DNA of 64,000 nt, taken from the IMG/VR virus record IMGVR_UViG_3300005573_000085; one strand, given 5' to 3'. The position numbers and the translations under genes are program-made. The notes beneath the pieces are model-generated. The model worked only from the letters and a program-made list of their open reading frames with translations, was not told where the DNA came from and made no database searches. This stretch comes from a virus. Of the stretch, positions 8,487-16,619 are shown piece after piece. The stretch's first letter is position 1. Each line of letters starts with the position of its first letter.

Positions 8487-9395
8487 ATGAAGGATGCTTT
8501 AAATGACGTTGTAATCACCGGAGGGAGTGGCCGGGCGGGGGGTTCGCTTGGGGACCCGGAGTGCGTGTTTATCGGGGATTGCGAAGGGCCGCCAAGGAGG
8601 CGCGTTGTCGAGATATCAACGCAATACGCCTCGGGCGAGAACGCGACTGCGGAGGATATGATTACTCAAGTAATGCACACAATGTCCGCCCGCCCGGGAA
8701 TTTCCAAGGTCGGGCGGCTGGACGTTCATTATGCGGGGACTGGCGAGCCCACGTTTAACATCAACGTATTCGACACCATCCCGCTTCTTCGGAAGGCGCT
8801 TCCCAAACGGCTGAGCGGCTCCATTCTCCCGGTGATATTTACAATGGCTCCAAGATCCAACATGAACTTCAAAAGCTTCATAGCCAAGTGGATCAATATT
8901 AAGAACGTTGATTTAAAAGGGAATGCCGGTTTGCGACTGGCGATAAACTCCACCGATGATTACGAGCGTGGCTTGATATTCAACGGTCGCTGCATGGACA
9001 TAGTCGAACTTTCGAATGTAATGAGAGAGATGCCCGACCCGGTAGGGGAAAAGTACGTTTTGAGTTTCGCCTCGACCCATCGCAGGATTAATGCCGCGCA
9101 GCTGAGGCGATTGTTTCCTCCCGATAGATTCGCGGTTGAGCTAGACCCGCTGCGCAAGGAGACCCCGGAGGACTGCGGGAGTGCGGCCTCACGTATCAGG
9201 ACCGAGAGACGCCTGAGACAGGAGGGATTCGATACGCTGGCATTCACTTTCCCCGGAGAGGAGGCGGATATCATCCATGACGATGAGGAAGGCGATGATT
9301 TCCCGCTTTTCAAAACGAGACGGGGAAAATCCCGCACCCGTCAGGGTGGCTCCCCGGTGAAAAAAACAAGCTTAATATTAAAGAAAGAGGTATAA
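8487..9395 (+). CDS. RlmN/Cfr-like radical SAM homolog lacking the CxxxCxxC cluster motif
   Basis: ISTQY, HYAG.GEPT, GNAGLRLAINST, G.KY.L.FA motifs recognisable; no CxxxCxxC after STQY and no C-terminal catalytic Cys. Confidence 0.65.
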   Translation: MKDALNDVVITGGSGRAGGSLGDPECVFIGDCEGPPRRRVVEISTQYASGENATAEDMITQVMHTMSARPGISKVGRLDVHYAGTGEPTFNINVFDTIPLLRKALPKRLSGSILPVIFTMAPRSNMNFKSFIAKWINIKNVDLKGNAGLRLAINSTDDYERGLIFNGRCMDIVELSNVMREMPDPVGEKYVLSFASTHRRINAAQLRRLFPPDRFAVELDPLRKETPEDCGSAASRIRTERRLRQEGFDTLAFTFPGEEADIIHDDEEGDDFPLFKTRRGKSRTRQGGSPVKKTSLILKKEV

Positions 9396-9415
9396 TTAAA
9401 GAAAGAGATATAATT

Positions 9416-9757
9416 ATGGATGATGATGCGAAATATTCTGCGGAAGCTGTAAAGGGATGGCGCGAGGCGGCCAAGCAAGGAGATGCCGAAGCCCAGTATA
9501 ACTTGGCGCTCTGTTATGACAAGGGCGATGGCATCGCACAAGACTCCACAGAGGCGGTGAAATGGTATCGTAAAGCGGCAGAAAAAGAGATTGCGGATGC
9601 ACAATATAACCTCGGGGTCTGTTACTACAACGGTGATGGTATAGCGCAAGACTTCATGGAAGCTATAAAGTGGTTTCGCAAGGCCGCGGAGCAAGGGGAT
9701 GTGGAGGCGCAATACAACCTCGCAATCCGTCATATCAGCAATGATGGTACTGCGTAA
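9416..9757 (+). CDS. second Sel1-like repeat protein, truncated by an in-frame TAA
   Basis: Three Sel1 repeats; after the stop the frame continues NPVKAAERW, like NPAEAAKW in the first copy; shares near-identical DNA stretches with 7159-7806. Confidence 0.8.
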   Translation: MDDDAKYSAEAVKGWREAAKQGDAEAQYNLALCYDKGDGIAQDSTEAVKWYRKAAEKEIADAQYNLGVCYYNGDGIAQDFMEAIKWFRKAAEQGDVEAQYNLAIRHISNDGTA

Positions 9758-9924
9758 AACCCCGTGAAAGCCGCGGAGCGATGGAACGGTTGGTGAAAAA
9801 TTCCCAAGGACGCAAGAGGTGAACAGGAAATGTCTGGGAAAGGAAAGGAGGGAAAGCCTAAGCGGCTATAATATACTTGGAATTAACCGCGCGTATTATA
9901 AGATATGCGTATGGAGGTGATACC

Positions 9925-10113
9925 ATGGAGGAAGCGGGCAAGAAATGGATCCAGAAGGCGGATATCAAAAAGGGAGCGCTTCATAAGGATCTAGGCGTTC
10001 CGGAGGATCAAACCATTCCGGTTTCCAAGTTAAAGGCGGCCGCGAAGAAGAAAGGAAAGGTTGGATTAAGAGCCAGAATGGCGCTCAATCTTAGGAAGTT
10101 GCACAAGAAGTAG
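9925..10113 (+). CDS. small highly basic protein (KWIQKA..K.GALH..LGV family)
   Basis: GGAGGTG RBS; 62 aa, K/R-rich; motif recalled from uncharacterised phage proteins. Confidence 0.75.
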   Translation: MEEAGKKWIQKADIKKGALHKDLGVPEDQTIPVSKLKAAAKKKGKVGLRARMALNLRKLHKK

Positions 10114-10228
10114 CCGGAGGGATTTCTTCGGCTCAAGGGTTACCATCCTGACGAGTGTCACGGATTGGTAGCCCTATTTTCACTATGGTTACATTACCGA
10201 AGCCGGAAGGGATCACCCTCCGAGCTTC
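10112..10228 (+). ncRNA. candidate structured leader upstream of ssb (three hairpins with alternative pairing)
   Basis: Hairpins 10112-10133, 10136-10175 and 10199-10228; first and third can alternatively pair with each other over about 19 bp. Confidence 0.4.
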
Positions 10229-10247
10229 CACATTTGAAAGGATGAAT

Positions 10248-10676
10248 ATGATAGTCGTATCTTTGTTTGGTAAAATCTACAACGTGGAGACCAAGACTTC
10301 AAAGGATGGCAAGCCGTTCGTCAGCGCCACTATTCGGGATTCCGTAAGAAACGCTCAAGGCGAATGGGAGAGCCGCTTTATTCGTTTGACCGCGTATGGG
10401 GTTATGGCGGACCGTCTCAACGAGTGCCCGAGAGGCACGGTTGCATGCGTTGAGGGGGTTATGGAGCCTTCGATATATGTCGACAAGGGCGGAACGCCCA
10501 GACTTTCACTGGACGTGAGAGTGGACAGAATTCGCAAGGCCCCGTCCTATCCGGATTCAACCGATGCGGCCGACACATCCTCCGGTGATAACATCCATGC
10601 CGGATTGGATGATCCGAATGAAATCGCGCCTCCGATCGCAAGCGCTAATCCGTTCGCAAGAAGCGGATTGGCCTGA
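10248..10676 (+). CDS. ssb: single-stranded DNA-binding protein
   Basis: OB-fold pattern G.I...E.K.SK.GKP...GEWESRFI.LTAYG..AD....G..V.VEG; acidic/Pro tail with NPF. Confidence 0.85.
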   Translation: MIVVSLFGKIYNVETKTSKDGKPFVSATIRDSVRNAQGEWESRFIRLTAYGVMADRLNECPRGTVACVEGVMEPSIYVDKGGTPRLSLDVRVDRIRKAPSYPDSTDAADTSSGDNIHAGLDDPNEIAPPIASANPFARSGLA

Positions 10677-10700
10677 TAGTTGAATATGATGGCGTTATTA

Positions 10701-10739
10701 GGGTATCCTGATATATAAGAAACATATGTCGGGATACCC
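10701..10739 (+). other. 16-bp intergenic stem-loop without a strong U tract
   Basis: GGGTATCCTGATATAT-AAGAAAC-ATATGTCGGGATACCC. Confidence 0.7.
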
Positions 10740-10762
10740 GACTCTTTAAAAGGAGAAATAAC

Positions 10763-11059
10763 ATGTGGTCCTTGTACTCGCTTACGAATGGGGAGGTCGG
10801 ATTTATAGAGTCCGTGAGATCCCTGGTCTGCATTGAAGGTGAAAGAAAGGAGATATCCAAGGAGTGCGTGACGATTCACAGAGGAGATGAGCTGATTCTG
10901 GCCGTGCGTCTGCCCAAAGGGGCGATTCCGTCCCTGTACTTCCAGAACGAGTCAAACGCCCCGATACTTGGCGAGGTGTTTGACAATCTGGAGATGGATG
11001 ACATTCCCTTTGACGATGAGTCAAAGAGAAAAATCTTCTTTAAGAAGAACGCTGAATAA
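10763..11059 (+). CDS. hypothetical protein
   Basis: AAGGAG RBS, 98 aa. Confidence 0.7.
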   Translation: MWSLYSLTNGEVGFIESVRSLVCIEGERKEISKECVTIHRGDELILAVRLPKGAIPSLYFQNESNAPILGEVFDNLEMDDIPFDDESKRKIFFKKNAE

Positions 11060-11096
11060 CTACTACAAGAAAATAAAATTCCGACAGGGGAAAGAC

Positions 11097-13337
11097 ATGG
11101 ATATTCAGGTTGAAAAAAGAGACGGAAGGATGGAGGAGCTACGCCCCGAAAAGATAACCAACGCTATCAGGGCGTGTCTGATGGACGGAGGCGTTGCGCC
11201 TGACGAAAAGCTGGTCGGAGGGGTAACCAACCTGGTCATGAATAAGATTCTCGGCAACGGCAACCCCATTCATGTCGAGAACATACAGGACAAGGTGGAG
11301 AACTCCCTGATGGAGATGGGGTTGTATGATGACGCCAGAAGGTACATAAAGTACCGGGAGAAAAAGGCCCGGGAGCGAAGCGACAACAGCGTGCCTCCCG
11401 AGGTTCGTCAGAAGATAGAGGAAAGCCTTTTAAACTTTGACAATGAACTGTCCAAGTTTCTGTTCTATCGAAGCTATGCGAGATACAGGGAGGAGGACAA
11501 GCGAAGGGAGACCTGGACCGAGGCGGTGGACAGAACGCTTCAAGCGTATGAAAAGGTGAGCGATAAAATCCCAAAGGATACGCTTTCGGAAATACGCGAC
11601 TACATCATGTCATTGAAGGTCATGCCATCAATGCGCGTTCTTAATTTCGCTGGCCCGGCATTGGACAGGGACAACATACTGGCGTACAATTGCAGTTTCA
11701 TGAACATTGACAGCCTCGACTCGTTTGTCGAGGAGTTGTACATCCTTATGTGCGGCTGCGGGGTCGGCTTCTCGGTTGAACTCTTCAGCTCGGTGGACAA
11801 GCTGCCGAGAATAAGGACTCAGGCGAAGAGGCAGAATCCCGAGACCTTCGTTGTTCCCGACACTGCGGAGGGATGGGCCGAGGCCCTTCGCATCGGACTC
11901 AATGCCTGGTTCGCTGGCCGGGACGTCATCTTTGATTACTCGAATATCAGACCGGCAGGTTCCAGACTGAAAACTAAGGGCGGATTTTCAAGCGGTCCCG
12001 GTCCTCTGAAGGAGCTGCTAGACTTCGTAAGAAACCTGGTTCTATCCAAGCAGGGACAGAAACTAGCGCCTATTGACGCGCATGACATTGCATGCATGGT
12101 GGCGCAGGTGGTGGTCAGCGGAGGCTCGAGGAGGTCCGCCACGATTAGTCTGAGCGACCCGGAAGACTACGATATGCGTACCGCCAAGAGCGGAAGCTTT
12201 TGGATCACGGCCCCGTACAGGGCGCTTTCAAATAACTCCTGCGTGTTCGAGGAAAAGCCCTCGCCAATTGACTTCATGGATGAATGGCTGGCCCTCGCCA
12301 AGTCTGGAACCGGGGAGCGCGGAATATTCAATAGGCAGGCGGCTCTGAAGTGCAGGCCTAGAAGAAGAAAGGCGGCCAAGTTTGGCACCAACCCGTGCGG
12401 GGAGATCATTCTTAGGAATCATCAAACCTGCAACCTTACGGAGGTGGTGCTTAGACCCGATGACACATGGGAGACCGTGCGGGACAAGGTCAGGATAGCC
12501 ACTATTATGGGCGTGATTCAATCCATGCTTACGCATTTTCCATTTCTTTCGGAGGAGTGGAAAAGGAATGCCGAGGAGGAGAGGCTTCTTGGAGTCTCGC
12601 TTACGGGAATACTGGACTGCCCCCTGTTCTCATGTCTTGCGAAGGACCCTCGTAACGCTCAGGCGATCGAGAAAATCGAGGAGCTGAGAAACTACGCGGT
12701 TCGCGTGAGCGAGGAGTGGGCCGATCTTCTGGGGATAAATCACAGCGCAGCCGTGTCATGCGTGAAGCCGTCCGGGTCGGTGAGCATTCTGGTGAACTCA
12801 TCGTCCGGCATACATCCCCGATGGTCCAAGTACTACATCAGAAGAGTGCGCATAAACTCAGGCGATCCGTTGCTGGCTCTGGCCAGGGATCATGGTGTGC
12901 CCGTGTCTCCCGAAGTGGGGCAAAGCGCGGAGAACGCGACCACCTGGGTTCTATCCTTTCCCGTAAAGGCTCCGGAAGGATGCGTTACGAGACATGACAT
13001 AACCGCCCTGGAGCAGCTGGAGCTGTGGCTCACCCTGAGAAAAAGATGGGCCGAGCATTCCGTATCGTGCACGATATACGTGGACGAAAGTGAATGGCTG
13101 GCCGTGGGGAACTGGGTGTACGAGCATTGGGACGCGATAACGGGATTGTCATTCCTTCCGAAGGACAGCGGAATATATCCGCTGGCCCCGTACACGGAGA
13201 TAACGAAGGAGGAGTACGAGAGACTGGCGGCATCCCTGAAACCGATTGATTACTGCAAACTTCCCCGATATGAAAGGGTTGACACGACCCGGATTGAAAG
13301 GGAGTGGGCGTGCACCGGGGACAAGTGCGAGTTGTGA
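11097..13337 (+). CDS. nrdJ: class II (adenosylcobalamin-dependent) ribonucleotide reductase, monomeric RTPR type, with N-terminal ATP cone
   Basis: VEKRDG ATP cone; RRETW, PSMR, YNCSF, GCGVGFSV, GG.RRSA, TNPCGEI, CVKPSGS, C-terminal CTGDKCEL. Confidence 0.92.
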   Translation: MDIQVEKRDGRMEELRPEKITNAIRACLMDGGVAPDEKLVGGVTNLVMNKILGNGNPIHVENIQDKVENSLMEMGLYDDARRYIKYREKKARERSDNSVPPEVRQKIEESLLNFDNELSKFLFYRSYARYREEDKRRETWTEAVDRTLQAYEKVSDKIPKDTLSEIRDYIMSLKVMPSMRVLNFAGPALDRDNILAYNCSFMNIDSLDSFVEELYILMCGCGVGFSVELFSSVDKLPRIRTQAKRQNPETFVVPDTAEGWAEALRIGLNAWFAGRDVIFDYSNIRPAGSRLKTKGGFSSGPGPLKELLDFVRNLVLSKQGQKLAPIDAHDIACMVAQVVVSGGSRRSATISLSDPEDYDMRTAKSGSFWITAPYRALSNNSCVFEEKPSPIDFMDEWLALAKSGTGERGIFNRQAALKCRPRRRKAAKFGTNPCGEIILRNHQTCNLTEVVLRPDDTWETVRDKVRIATIMGVIQSMLTHFPFLSEEWKRNAEEERLLGVSLTGILDCPLFSCLAKDPRNAQAIEKIEELRNYAVRVSEEWADLLGINHSAAVSCVKPSGSVSILVNSSSGIHPRWSKYYIRRVRINSGDPLLALARDHGVPVSPEVGQSAENATTWVLSFPVKAPEGCVTRHDITALEQLELWLTLRKRWAEHSVSCTIYVDESEWLAVGNWVYEHWDAITGLSFLPKDSGIYPLAPYTEITKEEYERLAASLKPIDYCKLPRYERVDTTRIEREWACTGDKCEL

Positions 13338-13374
13338 GGTAACCGGTGACAGGGAGACGGTATGCAAGCATTCA

Positions 13375-13404
13375 AAGGGGCGGCTGAAATCGCAGGCGCC
13401 CCTT
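13375..13404 (+). terminator. GC-rich hairpin after nrdJ (terminator-like)
   Basis: AAGGGGCG...CGCCCCTT stem; weak U tract. Confidence 0.5.
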
Positions 13405-13512
13405 CCGTATAATTTCAACTATAATTTAGATAGGTTTTGATTTTCACCGGAGGGGTGGGCGCCATCCATCCGGACCGAGTAATGTTAAAACTTGTATTTT
13501 GAGAGGCCGGGA

Positions 13513-14208
13513 ATGAAAAACTGTTCACGCCATGTCAGGCGATTAACGGAGTTTAGAGCCAAGCTGCTGGAAGGGGATGACTGTGAGGACGCCTTGGAGA
13601 AGGTGACAAGCTCCCTGATGGGACAAACGGTGCTTCGGACACTGGACGAGACCCTGGAATTTCTAGTGGCGCCTTCGATTATGAGATTTCAATCGGTCGT
13701 TGAGAACGCCAGGGACCTGGCCTTTTCGCTTACGGACCTGGGAATTTATCCCGAATTCTCCGAGCTGCTTATGGACATAGTCAATGACGCGCTCATGGAG
13801 CAGTGGACCGGGAGGGAGTCCTTGGATATCTGGCTGAGGGAGCAGGAGATAACCAGAACGGCCACCGGGGTGGTGGACGCTCAGTTCCGCGAGAAGGATT
13901 TCAAGGTGTTGGTGAATTATATTCGTTCGACTCAGTGCTATTCCGAGCTTCCCGCGTTTTGCGAGGGTTATTCGGGATGGATGTCCGGCAGCGGGCCCCT
14001 TGACAAGCTTTCGTTAAACACCGTGTACGTTCCCACCGATATGTCCAATCCGAGGTACGCGGCAAAGCTGGCGGACGCTTCGCTGCAACTGCTGGATGTG
14101 TTCGAAAAATCCCCGAGGATATCCGCAACGTCCGTGAGGTTGAATGAGTTTTGGAATTACATTGAGGCGCTGCCTCCCGTTAACATGCCGAAAGGAAGGA
14201 ACCTGTGA
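13513..14208 (+). CDS. hypothetical protein
   Basis: 231-aa ORF, predicted helical. Confidence 0.65.
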   Translation: MKNCSRHVRRLTEFRAKLLEGDDCEDALEKVTSSLMGQTVLRTLDETLEFLVAPSIMRFQSVVENARDLAFSLTDLGIYPEFSELLMDIVNDALMEQWTGRESLDIWLREQEITRTATGVVDAQFREKDFKVLVNYIRSTQCYSELPAFCEGYSGWMSGSGPLDKLSLNTVYVPTDMSNPRYAAKLADASLQLLDVFEKSPRISATSVRLNEFWNYIEALPPVNMPKGRNL

Positions 14209-15266
14209 GAATACTAATGCACGTGAACGAACTGGATTACGGAGGGGTTCAGGTCATAGCGGCCACAAGACTTTCCGACTTCAGGAAGCTGGGGCATGAC
14301 GTATTACTTACGTATTTCAAGGACGGTCCCGTGCTTAAAATACTCGAGGAAAATGGGATTCCCCATACGCAGGTTGGGAGTGACTCGGATTTGTTTGAAA
14401 CCGTAATCGCGTTTTCGCCCGATGTTCTGCACGGGCATACGTGCGACCAAGGCACGAGGCTGTCCCCGCTCATAGGGGAGCTGAGAAAGCAAATCAGGTT
14501 TGTCTACGGAGAAACCCTGCATTCGATTGCGAAGAACGAGCCGAGGGATGATTTCAATGTAGTTCATACTCAAGTAGCCAAGAGTCTGAACCCGCACGCC
14601 ACCTTCATACCCTGGGGCATGGACACCGACAGGCTGACCCCGACCATAGGATACGAGGAGTATAGAAGGAAATGGGGAATTCCGAAGGGCGCCTTGGTCA
14701 TCGGGCGCAACTCACGCCTGGACGGTTCCAAACTACCGTATCAGTTCCTGGAGGTTCTGTCCATTCTAAAGGGGATGGAGAAAAGGGAAAACATACTGGC
14801 GTACGGGGTTCTTGGCGGGGAGGGTCCCGAGAGAGACGGCCTGCTGGAATACGCGCGTAATCTGAATATAGCTGAGCGCCTCACCGTCCCCGGTGGAGGA
14901 TATAACGCTGGAGACATATTATCGGGAACGGATATAATAGTCTATCCGACTCATGATGAAAGCTTCTGCGCGGGAGTGGTTGAGCCCATGTATCTCAGGA
15001 AGCCGGTAACCTGCTATCTGAAAGGCGGAATGGGACAGCATGTCATTCATGGCGACACGGCACTGGTCGCATCTGATGCGCGGACCCTTGCATCGCATGT
15101 CCTGTCGCTGGCGCGCAATCCCGAAGCCGCCAAACGCATGGCGGACCGCGCGTTCAATCTGTGCGAAAGGCTGGGATACTGGGACAGGATGAGGGATTCC
15201 AAGGCTCATATTGAAATGTATGAGAGAAGTCTTGAGGGCCGGAATGGCTGGACATCCGCTTCTTAA
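14205..15266 (+). CDS. glycosyltransferase family 4 (GT-B)
   Basis: MRIL...DYGGV, DVLHGH, IGRNSRLD..K, DIIVYPT..ESF..GVVEPM. Confidence 0.88.
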   Translation: MRILMHVNELDYGGVQVIAATRLSDFRKLGHDVLLTYFKDGPVLKILEENGIPHTQVGSDSDLFETVIAFSPDVLHGHTCDQGTRLSPLIGELRKQIRFVYGETLHSIAKNEPRDDFNVVHTQVAKSLNPHATFIPWGMDTDRLTPTIGYEEYRRKWGIPKGALVIGRNSRLDGSKLPYQFLEVLSILKGMEKRENILAYGVLGGEGPERDGLLEYARNLNIAERLTVPGGGYNAGDILSGTDIIVYPTHDESFCAGVVEPMYLRKPVTCYLKGGMGQHVIHGDTALVASDARTLASHVLSLARNPEAAKRMADRAFNLCERLGYWDRMRDSKAHIEMYERSLEGRNGWTSAS

Positions 15267-15315
15267 AGGGAAACCTGAAGCGGCATGCACGCGGGTTCGA
15301 ATCCCGCCCGGTCCA
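15236..15315 (+). ncRNA. tRNA-like RNA resembling an isolated tmRNA tRNA-like domain (G3:U70, A73; no anticodon, no tag ORF)
   Basis: Acceptor GGGCCGG/CCGGTCC+A; T arm GCGGG-TTCGAAT-CCCGC; stemless D loop AATGGCTGGA; 10-bp helix CATCCGCTTC/GAAGCGG(C)ATG capped by AGG-GAAA-CCT; 3-nt linker CAC. Confidence 0.6.
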
Positions 15316-15365
15316 TGTATTTAAAAACGCGAACCACCGCAAACTTAAAAGCGAAGGAAATGAAT

Positions 15366-16169
15366 ATGAAAGTGTGCGCACTCATGTCCGTATGGAACAG
15401 CGCCCCGTTTTTGCCTAACACTCTGAGGGGAATTTATCCCTACTTTGACAGCGTGGTGGTGACCGAGAGTTGCTGGGTGAGGGGATACTCCGAGAGTGAC
15501 TCCTCGCCTGACGGGACGGCCGATATCATCCGGAAGTTTATAAGGGAGGAGGATACCGACCATAAGGTTTTCCTTCATCAGGCCGGGACGGTTGGCTCCC
15601 AGCCGGAGGGAAGGAATAGCGGACTTTATCTGGTCCCGAAGGACACCGAGTATGTCTATATGGTCGACTCGGACGAAACGTATTTCACCCAGGACCTTTT
15701 GACGCTCAGGGCCCTCTTCGACAGAATCGAACCATCCCGGTTTGGCGTCATGCAAGTTCCCGCCAAATGCTTTTACTTTGACGGGACTTATTACCGGGAG
15801 GAGACGTTCGTTCGGGGGTACGAATGGTTCCCGGGTCAAAGGTTCTGGGCGATAGCCTCGATGCTGAACCCCATGAACCGGCCCACCCTTGATCTCGGAA
15901 GTTTGAGGATCGAGATGATGCATTACTCCTACGTCTCCAGGGAGTGGACCAGAGTGAAGGGGTGCATAGGCGAGGACGTGTCGAAGGAGAGATACGAGAC
16001 CTGGTGGAACGAGGTGTACTCGCAATTTGACGGGGATCTTGAAAAGCTTTATTCAAAAAATCAGGGAGGGCCTCACGTATTCGGAGGCGGAGGGCCGTTG
16101 AAAAGATATTACGGTCCGCACCCGGATTACGTGGCGGACCTTCCCATAGTCACAAACAAATGGAAGTGA
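15366..16169 (+). CDS. glycosyltransferase family 2-like
   Basis: MKVCALMSVWNSAPFL, S.DGT..II, VYMVDSDE (DxD). Confidence 0.8.
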   Translation: MKVCALMSVWNSAPFLPNTLRGIYPYFDSVVVTESCWVRGYSESDSSPDGTADIIRKFIREEDTDHKVFLHQAGTVGSQPEGRNSGLYLVPKDTEYVYMVDSDETYFTQDLLTLRALFDRIEPSRFGVMQVPAKCFYFDGTYYREETFVRGYEWFPGQRFWAIASMLNPMNRPTLDLGSLRIEMMHYSYVSREWTRVKGCIGEDVSKERYETWWNEVYSQFDGDLEKLYSKNQGGPHVFGGGGPLKRYYGPHPDYVADLPIVTNKWK

Positions 16170-16186
16170 GGATTGAGAGGGTTACC

Positions 16187-16561
16187 ATGACAAAGGTGAA
16201 AGGAACCGAATACTGTTTTCAGTTTGGCTATCCAAAGGATAGAAATATCAGACACTATATCGAGGATCCGGAGAATGGAAAGGTCGCAGGAGTAATCAGC
16301 ATTCCGGAGAGAATAGTGACCTGCAGGATTAAGCGCAAGGCGGAGGAGAAGCCGGCCGAGGTTGTCTCCATTGGCGTCTCTCTGTGTCGAGGAATTGATA
16401 ATTTCCACAGGGACATCGGCAGAAGGGAGGCGTTGATTCGAGCGCTCAAAAACCTTCCGGTAAAAGGCTCCGAGTCAAAGCGCATCGTATCGCTGTTCTG
16501 GCGTACGTACCTGAGTAATTACGGAGGCGCGGCCTCCCTTCGAAAGCGAGGATTCGCATGA
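16187..16561 (+). CDS. hypothetical protein with T.C.I...G.S.C...D.F...IGR..AL.RA motif
   Basis: Motif resembles the core of phage gp49/gp66-type (Acb4-like) proteins; similarity judged by eye. Confidence 0.6.
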   Translation: MTKVKGTEYCFQFGYPKDRNIRHYIEDPENGKVAGVISIPERIVTCRIKRKAEEKPAEVVSIGVSLCRGIDNFHRDIGRREALIRALKNLPVKGSESKRIVSLFWRTYLSNYGGAASLRKRGFA

Positions 16562-16590
16562 TTGATTCGTCCTTTCATTTGTGCTATAAT
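16562..16590 (+). promoter_or_regulatory. sigma70/sigmaA promoter
   Basis: TTGATT-17 bp-TATAAT with extended -10 TG. Confidence 0.8.
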
Positions 16591-16619
16591 AACAGTATCA
16601 CATGATGAAAGGAAGAGCC

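Noticed and set aside
10146-10170. Hammerhead ribozyme core (CTGACGA)
   Set aside because: The required GAAA and stem II/III geometry do not follow.
10680-11097. Cobalamin riboswitch ahead of the B12-dependent nrdJ
   Set aside because: Only a simple hairpin and a short CDS are present; no B12-box or four-way junction could be recognised.
15236-15315. Conventional tRNA (e.g. tRNA-Leu(TAA) or tRNA-Ala)
   Set aside because: No D stem of normal length and no 7-nt anticodon loop on a 5-bp stem; the TTAA lies in a bulge. Reported as a tmRNA-like domain instead.
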